Source of the DNA: Ferroacidibacillus organovorans
GTDB taxonomy: Bacteria > Bacillota > Bacilli > Alicyclobacillales > SLC66
DNA: 58,168 bases
NCBI RefSeq assembly: GCF_001642725.1
Contig: NZ_LSUQ01000012.1
Coordinates: 1 to 58,168 of the forward strand
Direction: 5' to 3'
The translations under genes were made by a program, and so were the position numbers. How positions within the stretch are numbered: the stretch's first letter is position 1; each line of letters starts with the position of its first letter. Below the pieces are notes generated by a model, which worked only from the letters and a program-made list of their open reading frames with translations, did not search any database and was not told where the DNA came from. Below, one piece after another: positions 50,959 through 58,168 of the stretch.

Positions 50959-50998
50959 TTACTGTTGGATAGGAAAGTATTTGTTTTGTATGAGTGGA

Positions 50999-51493
50999 CT
51001 ACAGGGGAGTGTCAAACATGAAATCGTCAAAAGAGGGGTGTCCTTCAAGATAAGAAAATCCGTTCTCACTTGTTTGATAGGAAAAAAAACGAAGTTGTGC
51101 CTTCCCCTGCGCAAAATGAATGATGATGTGAAGAAGATCTGTGTATCCAAACGCCTCACGGATATCCCGTTCAGAAGGTAAGCCATCCCCTTGCGGATGG
51201 CTGTGAACCGTCGCGATCATGCATTCTCCGCGCTGCTCCGTCGCAAAAACGGCGCGCACTGCGAGGGACGCTCGCGCAGTATACCGCGTTTCTGAAAGAA
51301 ACGCACTCTCTAACGCAATAAAGCGTGATGCGCACTGCGTTCCATCCCCTGCGCGATGACCGGCAATCAGCCCACCCGCTTCGTACGGAAGCCGCTCTAC
51401 AGCGTATTGAAGCATCTCCTCGGCCATGTCACGCTCGAGAAGAAGTGACGGCTTCCCAGCGAACGCGATGCGAAGTAAAAAACGATCGCTCAC
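50999..51493 (-). CDS. JAB/MPN (Mov34, M67) metallopeptidase
   Basis: PYEAGG catalytic Glu; HSHPQGDGLPSERD matches H-x-H-x7-S-x2-D. Confidence 0.88.
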   Translation of the reverse strand: MSDRFLLRIAFAGKPSLLLERDMAEEMLQYAVERLPYEAGGLIAGHRAGDGTQCASRFIALESAFLSETRYTARASLAVRAVFATEQRGECMIATVHSHPQGDGLPSERDIREAFGYTDLLHIIIHFAQGKAQLRFFSYQTSENGFSYLEGHPSFDDFMFDTPL

Positions 51494-51963
51494 GCCTGTT
51501 CCCCCCCGCGCAACATTCGCTCCGCATCGATCGCCTTTTTACACCATGCCCGCACCTCATCAGAAACACCCATGGTCGCCATTTCTTCGAGTGTAAACCA
51601 ACCAAGCGCAGTCGACTCATCATTTGACACAAGCGTCGTCCCATCGATCGGATAAGCAAGATAGATTAGGTCAATGTGTTGATGACCTGGCGAAATGTTT
51701 TCCAATTGAATGCCCGCTGGGCGAGGAAGCGCGTGGTCAAACCCTGCGGGTTCATAATCACAAATGAGCGCGATTCGCAAGCCCGTCTCCTCACGCGCTT
51801 CGCGAACGGCTGCCTGGTCCGGCAGTTCTGGATGATCAATATGCCCACCCGGAGGAAGCCAGCGCTTCAGTTTTTTGTGAAAAAGCAGTACAGCTCGTCC
51901 ACCATTTGCAATAATCGCAGTCGCCACAAAATCACGCGTGAGCTTCGGATGACCTTGCTCCAT
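51490..51963 (-). CDS. NUDIX hydrolase
   Basis: HKKLKRWLPPGGH..E....AAVREAREETGL Nudix box; HQHIDLIY. Confidence 0.92.
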   Translation of the reverse strand: MEQGHPKLTRDFVATAIIANGGRAVLLFHKKLKRWLPPGGHIDHPELPDQAAVREAREETGLRIALICDYEPAGFDHALPRPAGIQLENISPGHQHIDLIYLAYPIDGTTLVSNDESTALGWFTLEEMATMGVSDEVRAWCKKAIDAERMLRGGEQA

Positions 51964-51990
51964 CGATGCACACTCTCCTATCGCGCTCCA

Positions 51991-53268
51991 TCAATCGACA
52001 AAGTCAAACTCCATGTCGCTGATCCGAATCTGGTCGCCGTTTTGTGCGCCATACGCGCGCAACGCGTCATCCACTCCAGAGCGCCGCAAAATTCGCTGGA
52101 ATCGTTTCACAGCGTCATACTGTGTGAAATTTGTAGCGTGCACCAGTCGATCGAGTTCCTCACTCATCACGACATACGTTTCGTCATCGCGAACGATTTC
52201 AAAGTGAATCTCGCGATCTTCAATTTTCACCTGAACGACAGCATCGACATCATCGACAGGAACTTCCTTGATTGCTTTTTCAACCATGTCATACATTTGA
52301 TAGACCGTTTCATTTAGTCCTGTGCGCGTCAGTGCCGAAATCGGCAGTACACGCATGTCAGGATACGCTACGCAAAACCGTTCCAAGTGAAGATTCGCCT
52401 CTGGATCATCCATTTTATTTGCGAGAATGATCGAAGGTTTACGGAGCAATTCCTCATCGTACGCGCGCAGCTCTTCTAAAATAATCTCATAGTCACGTAA
52501 TGGATCGCGGCCTTCAACGGCAGCCATATCGATGACGTGAGCAATCACTTTCGTTCGCGATGCATGCCGCAAAAAGGCGAGTCCAAGCCCGAGCCCTTCA
52601 TGCGCCCCCTCAATCAACCCTGGTAAATCGGCGAGTACAAACGTCTTGCCAGGGTCATCATCGACCATCACGACGCCTAGATTGGGCGTCAGGGTCGTAA
52701 AGGGATATGCGGCAACTTTTGGTTTCGCCTCACTCAGGACAGACAACAGTGTGGATTTCCCAACGCTCGGAAAGCCTACCAGTCCGACGTCTGCAATCAA
52801 TTTGAGCTCCAGTTGAACGGTTTTATATTCGCCTGGCTCGCCGCGTTCTGCCATGTCAGGCGCCTTATTTTTGGCTGTTGCAAAACGCACATTGCCGCGT
52901 CCCCCGCGTCCCCCGCGCGCAATGACTGCCGATTGTCCTGAACGTGTCAAATCTGCAATCGGTTTCCCCGTGGCTGCATCGCGCACGAGCGTACCTGGTG
53001 GTACTTTTACCATCAAATCAGACGCATTCGCTCCGTGTTGATTTTTGGGGCGCCCCTTTTCACCGTGCTTTGCTCGCAAGTGGCGTTGATAGCGAAAATC
53101 CATGAGTGTGCGCAATCCTTCATCGACAAAAAAGATAACGCTGCCGCCTTTGCCACCATCTCCACCGGCAGGACCACCGAGCGGAACGTACTTTTCTCGT
53201 CGATACGCAACCATCCCATCTCCGCCATTCCCTGCTTGAACTTCGACTGTTGCAATGTCAATAAACAT
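51991..53268 (-). CDS. obgE: GTPase ObgE
   Basis: MFID, GGPAGGDGG, GFPSVGKST, YPFTT, DLPGLIEGA, NKMD. Confidence 0.99.
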   Translation of the reverse strand: MFIDIATVEVQAGNGGDGMVAYRREKYVPLGGPAGGDGGKGGSVIFFVDEGLRTLMDFRYQRHLRAKHGEKGRPKNQHGANASDLMVKVPPGTLVRDAATGKPIADLTRSGQSAVIARGGRGGRGNVRFATAKNKAPDMAERGEPGEYKTVQLELKLIADVGLVGFPSVGKSTLLSVLSEAKPKVAAYPFTTLTPNLGVVMVDDDPGKTFVLADLPGLIEGAHEGLGLGLAFLRHASRTKVIAHVIDMAAVEGRDPLRDYEIILEELRAYDEELLRKPSIILANKMDDPEANLHLERFCVAYPDMRVLPISALTRTGLNETVYQMYDMVEKAIKEVPVDDVDAVVQVKIEDREIHFEIVRDDETYVVMSEELDRLVHATNFTQYDAVKRFQRILRRSGVDDALRAYGAQNGDQIRISDMEFDFVD

Positions 53269-53301
53269 TTTGATCGCCTCCTTTTATCGCTTCATAATGA
53301 A

Positions 53302-53331
53302 GTGACCCAGCCGCAGCTGCGACTGGGTCAC
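53302..53331. terminator. hairpin between rpmA and obgE
   Basis: GTGACCCAG..CTGGGTCAC stem. Confidence 0.6.
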
Positions 53332-53347
53332 GCGTAATTCGACTCAC

Positions 53348-53650
53348 TTATTGTTGCGCAGCAGTTTCTACAACCACAGGATAAACACTTACGCGCTTAC
53401 GGTCGCGTCCCCAGCGCTCAAACTTGACGCGTCCTTCGACTTTTGCAAAAAGCGTATCGTCACTGCCAAGCCCCACATTCAGACCAGGATAGATCCGCGT
53501 GCCGCGCTGGCGAACCAATATACTGCCTCCGCTGACAACCTGACCGTCTGCGCGTTTCACGCCAAGGCGCTTGGAATGACTGTCTCGACCGTTTCGTGTC
53601 GAGGAAACCCCTTTTTTATGAGCAAACCGTTGAAGATCTAACCGCAACAT
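53348..53650 (-). CDS. rpmA: 50S ribosomal protein L27 with Prp-cleaved N-terminal extension
   Basis: [24 protein letters not shown]. Confidence 0.98.
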   Translation of the reverse strand: MLRLDLQRFAHKKGVSSTRNGRDSHSKRLGVKRADGQVVSGGSILVRQRGTRIYPGLNVGLGSDDTLFAKVEGRVKFERWGRDRKRVSVYPVVVETAAQQ

Positions 53651-53670
53651 GAATATCACTCCCTAAATCG

Positions 53671-53991
53671 TTATTTATTCTTTCCCATTGTGCGGAGTGT
53701 AATGTGCGCTCCGTACTCCCGCTCCATGTCTTGCACACCAATCAGCATACCTTCTGCCAAGAGTTGCGCGTCACGGCTTTGGGGCACATCAAACCGAACA
53801 TAGCCGTCTCGTTCAACTTCATTCAAGTGCAGACCTGTGAGTCGCTCAATGCTGTTTACACACGTTACGACGAGTGTTGAGACACCTGCGCATACGAGAT
53901 CAAAACCGAGCGGCCCTGCGCCAGCATGTCCAGAAACCACCACGCGCTCAATGGTTTGGTTTTCGTTGCGTGTCACAGTAACGCGAATCAT
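53671..53991 (-). CDS. prp: ribosomal-processing cysteine protease Prp (YsxB)
   Basis: SGHAG..DLVCAGVS; between rplU and rpmA. Confidence 0.93.
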   Translation of the reverse strand: MIRVTVTRNENQTIERVVVSGHAGAGPLGFDLVCAGVSTLVVTCVNSIERLTGLHLNEVERDGYVRFDVPQSRDAQLLAEGMLIGVQDMEREYGAHITLRTMGKNK

Positions 53992-53996
53992 TGCTC

Positions 53997-54308
53997 TTAA
54001 AGCGTAATAGCGTCAACGCGAACTTTTGTAAACGGTTGACGGTGTCCTTGTTTACGGCGATAGTTCTTCTTCGATTTATATTTAAAAACAATGATTTTTT
54101 TGGCTTTACCGTGATCAAGCACAGTGACTTGCACTTTTGCTCCGGGTACGTGAGGAGTTCCCACCGTAATCGATTGATCCTTTTCAACCAGAAACACGCG
54201 ATCCAAGACCACTTGATCGCCAATTGCCGCCTCAAGTTTTTCTACGTAAAGGGTAGAACCTTCCGTTACTTTAAACTGCTTGCCACCTGTTTCAACAATT
54301 GCGTACAT
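53997..54308 (-). CDS. rplU: 50S ribosomal protein L21
   Basis: [20 protein letters not shown]. Confidence 0.98.
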   Translation of the reverse strand: MYAIVETGGKQFKVTEGSTLYVEKLEAAIGDQVVLDRVFLVEKDQSITVGTPHVPGAKVQVTVLDHGKAKKIIVFKYKSKKNYRRKQGHRQPFTKVRVDAITL

Positions 54309-54324
54309 CCTATACGCACCTCCT

Positions 54325-54400
54325 GGAGTAGACTCGCTGTTTGTAAGGCACGGCGAAGCGCCGATTTGAAGCCTTATCCATGCGGTTGACACATTGAAAA
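54325..54400 (-). ncRNA. L21 ribosomal leader (putative)
   Basis: Structured 5' UTR ACCGCA..TAAGGC..GCCTTA..GCGAGTC between the promoter and the rplU RBS. Confidence 0.55.
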
Positions 54401-54414
54401 TGCGCCACTGAAGT

Positions 54415-54443
54415 AGAATACCACACGTTGCTTAGGAGAGCAA
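54415..54443 (-). promoter_or_regulatory. SigA promoter of the rplU operon
   Basis: TTGCTC-N17-TATTCT with TG extension. Confidence 0.6.
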
Positions 54444-55298
54444 CGCGCGAAGCGGCAAACTCCACCCTGATGACTCAAAAATGGCATCGAGAATTTCATC
54501 CTGTGTGATGGGACGTGACCCCTTATAAAAAGAAGACTGTACATAGATGATATGGTAAGCGCCGGGAGAGAATTGACTCGCAACATCACCGAGTTTCATA
54601 TCTTCTTGCACAAGCATGGAGCGAATGGGTCGTAAAGATGTCCCTTGGTGATGACGAAGTGCGTCAAGAAAGCGAAGTGTATCGTACCGAGATTGACGGC
54701 TCAAGGAAAACGCAGAGTACAGTAAAAATAGACCGAGCGCAAAGATGCCAAGATCCGCATAACCGAGGATGAGGGAGATGCCGCCAATTCCCATAAGAAC
54801 CACGGAGATCAAGAAGGACACGCGCGTCACTACCTTTGTCGCAGAGTGATACCCTCGGGATATCGCAAGCCCCGCGCGCGCGATTCTCCCGCCATCAAGC
54901 GGGAGCGCCGGGAGCAGATTGAACAGCGCAATCGACAGATTGATCGATACAAAGGAATTCGTCCACGCATCATTTAATACACCGCTCGCGCGCAGCGGAA
55001 GTGCCACGATGACAAATAACAAATTGACGAGTGGCCCTGCCGCCGCAATCAACGTTTCTTGACGAACGTCATATCCGAGTCGTCCGCGCATCACAGCAAC
55101 TCCGCCAAACGGCAAGAGTTCAATGGATTCGGTTTTGATGCCAAAGCGGTGCGCCGCAAGGACATGCCCGATTTCGTGTGAAATAACGACGGCAAAAAGA
55201 ACCGCCACTTGATCGAGGACATGCCCTAAATAGGCGGCAAGAATGACAATAAGAAACAGGGGACTCAAACGAACGCGCACGCCAAAAAATCGAATCAC
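54432..55298 (-). CDS. spoIVFB: SpoIVFB site-2 protease (M50)
   Basis: HEIGH, LLPFGGVA, AGP, FNLLPALPLDGGR. Confidence 0.92.
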   Translation of the reverse strand: MIRFFGVRVRLSPLFLIVILAAYLGHVLDQVAVLFAVVISHEIGHVLAAHRFGIKTESIELLPFGGVAVMRGRLGYDVRQETLIAAAGPLVNLLFVIVALPLRASGVLNDAWTNSFVSINLSIALFNLLPALPLDGGRIARAGLAISRGYHSATKVVTRVSFLISVVLMGIGGISLILGYADLGIFALGLFLLYSAFSLSRQSRYDTLRFLDALRHHQGTSLRPIRSMLVQEDMKLGDVASQFSPGAYHIIYVQSSFYKGSRPITQDEILDAIFESSGWSLPLRALLS

Positions 55299-56083
55299 GC
55301 GTGAAGACCGATCAGTGTCGCAGGATTTTCATACCGACCATTATGAATGTAGCCAAAGGTCAACTCTGGACTCTGCTCAGGTAGATAACCGATTGTTTCG
55401 CCAACCGTGACGTACTCGCGCGGTTTGACGACGACGCGCGCCATTTTCGCGTAGAATGTCTGCCCCATCGCGCCGTGATCGATCGTCACATACCATCCAT
55501 TGGCGGCCGATTCTCCTACTTGGGTAACCAATCCTTCTGCCGCGGCGATGATCGGAGATCCGCGATGTCCGCGAATGATGATGTCTGGGTTCAACATGGA
55601 AAAAGGTCGCACGAGCGTCCCGCGCAGTGGTGGAACCACGTCGACCGTTTGCGAGACCACGCCGACACTCGGCGATGCAGTCGGTGGCACGCCAAGCCAT
55701 TGTGCGATGCGCGATGGAAGATGCTGCGCAAGGTCTTGATACGTCAAAGACTGTCGCAGAAAGGCTGTAGAAGAAACTGCAAAGTTGCGATTGCTGTGAC
55801 TGAGAATCGCAATGGATACAATCAAGAAAACGGCGCCAATCGACTGCAGTACAAAGAGCGACATTCCATGCTGTTTTTGCGTAGAGCGACGATCGTTCAA
55901 TCCGCGGGAATAGGAACGCTCGCGAACATTTTCGCGCCGTCGATTCTCCTGTTCACGCGATTCGCGCCGGACCGGGAGTTGCGCCCCTGTCCACGAACGC
56001 GGTGAACCGTACACATCGTCATCAGGAGAAATACTGTATTCTGGTCGAACGTGAAGCATCTCTTCCGGTCGCTTGTCCTCCAT
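55295..56083 (-). CDS. spoIVFA: SpoIVFA-like M23/LytM-domain protein
   Basis: One TM then a degenerate LytM domain (AAAEGLV..VTIDH..TFY..VGETIG..NPA); between minD and spoIVFB. Confidence 0.8.
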   Translation of the reverse strand: MEDKRPEEMLHVRPEYSISPDDDVYGSPRSWTGAQLPVRRESREQENRRRENVRERSYSRGLNDRRSTQKQHGMSLFVLQSIGAVFLIVSIAILSHSNRNFAVSSTAFLRQSLTYQDLAQHLPSRIAQWLGVPPTASPSVGVVSQTVDVVPPLRGTLVRPFSMLNPDIIIRGHRGSPIIAAAEGLVTQVGESAANGWYVTIDHGAMGQTFYAKMARVVVKPREYVTVGETIGYLPEQSPELTFGYIHNGRYENPATLIGLHA

Positions 56084-56127
56084 AAAAAACCACCCCGTCC
56101 GCATCATCCGTGTTTACTTCTCGTCCC

Positions 56128-56158
56128 ACGTTTATGACACAACAGAGTGATTTATAAC
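56128..56158 (-). promoter_or_regulatory. SigE-like promoter of spoIVF
   Basis: GTTATAAA-N14-CATAAACGT, same geometry as the spoIIIA promoter in this window. Confidence 0.6.
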
Positions 56159-56196
56159 TTTGACCTTCAAGAGATCAAGCAAACGCAATCGTCACA

Positions 56197-56994
56197 TTAA
56201 CGCATTCCCATCATTTTTTTAAACTTTGAAAAGAATCCTTCTTGTTCCGTGAGCGACATGAGTGGAACCGATTCGCCAACGATGCGTCGGGCAATATTGC
56301 GATAGGCGATCGAAGCGCGTGAATTCGGCTGAACCACCGTCGGTTCACCGGAGTTTGCCGCCTTGATAACTTGCTCGTCATCCGGAACGACGCCCAGTAG
56401 ATCGAGTGACAAAATCTGAACGATATCATCGATATCTAGCATATCGCCGTTTTTAACCATGTGAGCACGAATTCGATTGATGATCAATTTCGGCTGCGGT
56501 ATGTCTTCCTTTTCGAGCAACCCAATCACGCGATCCGCATCGCGAACGGCCGCTTGCTCCGGTGTTGTCACGACAATTGCCTGATCTGCCGCCGTTGTGG
56601 CAACGCGAAACCCGTGTTCAATCCCTGCAGGGCAATCAATTATAATATAATCGAATAGTTCTTTTAACTTTTTTACAATCGCTCTCATGGAATCTTCACT
56701 CAATGCGAGCTTATCTTTCGTCTGTGCTGCAGGCAACAGACTGAGATTCTCAAACCGTTTGTCGCGAATCAACGCCTGTTCCAATCTGGCCGACCCATTT
56801 GCAACATCGAGAATATCATAGACGATACGATTCTCAAGACCCATGACAACGTCGAGGTTGCGCAGTCCAATATCGGTGTCTACCATACACACCTTATTCC
56901 CAAGAAGTGCGAGTGCCGTCCCGATATTGGCAGAAGACGTCGTTTTTCCGACGCCACCCTTACCTGACGTCACTACGATCGCTTCACCCATCAT
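56197..56994 (-). CDS. minD: septum site-determining ATPase MinD
   Basis: TSGKGGVGKTT, DIGLRNLD, IDCPAGIE. Confidence 0.98.
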   Translation of the reverse strand: MMGEAIVVTSGKGGVGKTTSSANIGTALALLGNKVCMVDTDIGLRNLDVVMGLENRIVYDILDVANGSARLEQALIRDKRFENLSLLPAAQTKDKLALSEDSMRAIVKKLKELFDYIIIDCPAGIEHGFRVATTAADQAIVVTTPEQAAVRDADRVIGLLEKEDIPQPKLIINRIRAHMVKNGDMLDIDDIVQILSLDLLGVVPDDEQVIKAANSGEPTVVQPNSRASIAYRNIARRIVGESVPLMSLTEQEGFFSKFKKMMGMR

Positions 56995-57692
56995 GACACC
57001 CCTTGTCCCGAAACTCGACGATTTCGCCGATGCGCCTTGGTTGCAATCAGCGCGTTCATCCGTTCAACTGCCATCTGTTCACCTTCACGCAAATAAGCAA
57101 ATTCCATCTCAGCCGCCTGAACATTTCCCTCAGGCGCTCGCCGAACGACATCGGCGATGCGAATCTGAAGTGGTTGAAAATAAGCGGCGGCAACCACCGC
57201 ATCGCGATCTCCTGCGGCTCCCGCATGCGCCGCACCGCGTAAAACGCCCATCACGTACACATCACCCGTACTAATCAAGCGCGCACCTGGATTGACATCA
57301 CCAATGATGACGATATCTCCATCGTGTTCAATCACTTGGCCTGAACGCACCGTTCCCTTAAACACGAATGGCTCCTTTTTCATCCAGTCACTCGGTTTAG
57401 GAGCCCCTTCAAGGCCGCCTACCATCATAGTTCCAACGGCTGCAATCACATGGCGCAATTCTCGTTCTTCTTCATCCGTTAGTATGCGATTACCTAATTG
57501 TACATAGGCCGTAAGAAGTGAGGTTTCCTCGCCTTGCGAAGCATCCTTTCGCAGCGTTTCCTCCAATGCACTGAGCACATCGCGAAATGGCACATCATCC
57601 CTTAGTGTGAAAAGCAATCCATTGCGGATGCCTTTTATCGAGACCGTTTCTTTGATGGTCGTTGCGGATGGACGCATAGCAAAACGTGACAT
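56991..57692 (-). CDS. minC: septum site-determining protein MinC
   Basis: VSIKG..GL, VRSGQ, GDVNPGA, G.LRGAAHAG, QIRIA. Confidence 0.94.
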   Translation of the reverse strand: MSRFAMRPSATTIKETVSIKGIRNGLLFTLRDDVPFRDVLSALEETLRKDASQGEETSLLTAYVQLGNRILTDEEERELRHVIAAVGTMMVGGLEGAPKPSDWMKKEPFVFKGTVRSGQVIEHDGDIVIIGDVNPGARLISTGDVYVMGVLRGAAHAGAAGDRDAVVAAAYFQPLQIRIADVVRRAPEGNVQAAEMEFAYLREGEQMAVERMNALIATKAHRRNRRVSGQGVS

Positions 57693-57726
57693 GCTAGCCC
57701 TCCTCCTATCGATATCTCATGGTAAT

Positions 57727-58167
57727 TCAACGTTTACCAGTGATATTCCTGCTAATCGCTGGAGCTTTATGCGGAAAGAATCGATCAAGCATCCCGCGAG
57801 CTATCGGTCCCGTCGAATCTGCGCCGTGACCACCGCCTGGAACAACGATGGCGATGGCGATGCGCGGATGATGATACGGTGCGTACCCGATAAAAACCGC
57901 GTTATCGAAACCTTTCACACCCGTTTCTGCAGTTCCTGTTTTACCTGCGGGCGCGTATGCTACATCGCGATGCGCTCCGTGAAAGGTCGAGTACGCTGTC
58001 CCCAAGGGATCATTGCACGCCATCCACATTCCACGCTGAACCTCGCGCAACGCCACTTGATCAATGCCCGCGATCGGATAACGCTTGAAACGGAGATTAA
58101 CTCCCCCCACCTGTTTGACGACGTGCGGTGTGACGCGATAACCGCCGTTTGCGAGCGCCGCCGTATA
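57727..58167 (-). CDS. penicillin-binding protein 2 (class B transpeptidase), C-terminal part; 5' end beyond the window
   Basis: ANGG..PH, GTA, AGKTGTAE, FIGYAPY..P.IAIAIVV..GG.G. Confidence 0.85.
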   Translation of the reverse strand, partial: YTAALANGGYRVTPHVVKQVGGVNLRFKRYPIAGIDQVALREVQRGMWMACNDPLGTAYSTFHGAHRDVAYAPAGKTGTAETGVKGFDNAVFIGYAPYHHPRIAIAIVVPGGGHGADSTGPIARGMLDRFFPHKAPAISRNITGKR

Positions 58168-58168
58168 C

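Noticed and set aside
50999..51493. CBASS (Cap3) defence system
   Set aside because: No CD-NTase, E1/E2 or effector gene in the window.
51676..52317. 213-aa + strand ORF
   Set aside because: Antisense to the NUDIX gene and obgE.
1..58168. CRISPR arrays, tRNA/rRNA genes, tandem repeats
   Set aside because: The intergenic gaps were read and are short; no regularly spaced repeats or tRNA/rRNA signatures were seen.

Overview
A 58 kb stretch of core chromosome from an endospore-forming Firmicute. The gene content is Bacilli-type; Alicyclobacillaceae-like is my inference from the mixed Bacillus/Clostridium gene order. Most genes lie on the minus strand, in this transcription order: PBP2 (partial), minCD, spoIVFA/FB, rplU-prp-rpmA, obgE, NUDIX, JAB, a comG pseudopilus operon, aroK, asnB, a dnaI-like gene, [yqhH-yqhG on +], a tandem glycine riboswitch with gcvT/PA/PB, aroQ, efp, spoIIIAA-AH, accBC, asp23-amaP-DUF2273, nusB, a TsaD paralog, FNR, folD, xseAB, ispA, dxs, tlyA, a hypothetical gene, NAD kinase, argR, recN, spoIVB, spo0A. 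The first ~11 kb is an accessory metabolic/transport block: PhzF, quinone oxidoreductase, two TIM-barrel sugar isomerases, an SDR, two MFS transporters, OSBS/NSAR and a UvrD/PcrA helicase. I saw no rRNA, tRNA, CRISPR array, IS element or prophage, and no clear multi-gene novel system. The best leads are: (1) folD appears to start at a non-canonical ATC codon; (2) spo0B is missing from its conserved rpmA-obg slot; (3) a 42-aa membrane microprotein missed by the ORF track lies divergent from spoIIIA; (4) a small gene with a SigG-type promoter lies downstream of spo0A; (5) a SigH-like promoter precedes comG, which includes a leaderless pilin; (6) a JAB peptidase, a DnaI-like ATPase and a TsaD paralog occur without their usual partners. 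All calls come from reading motifs and gene order by eye; no searches were run.
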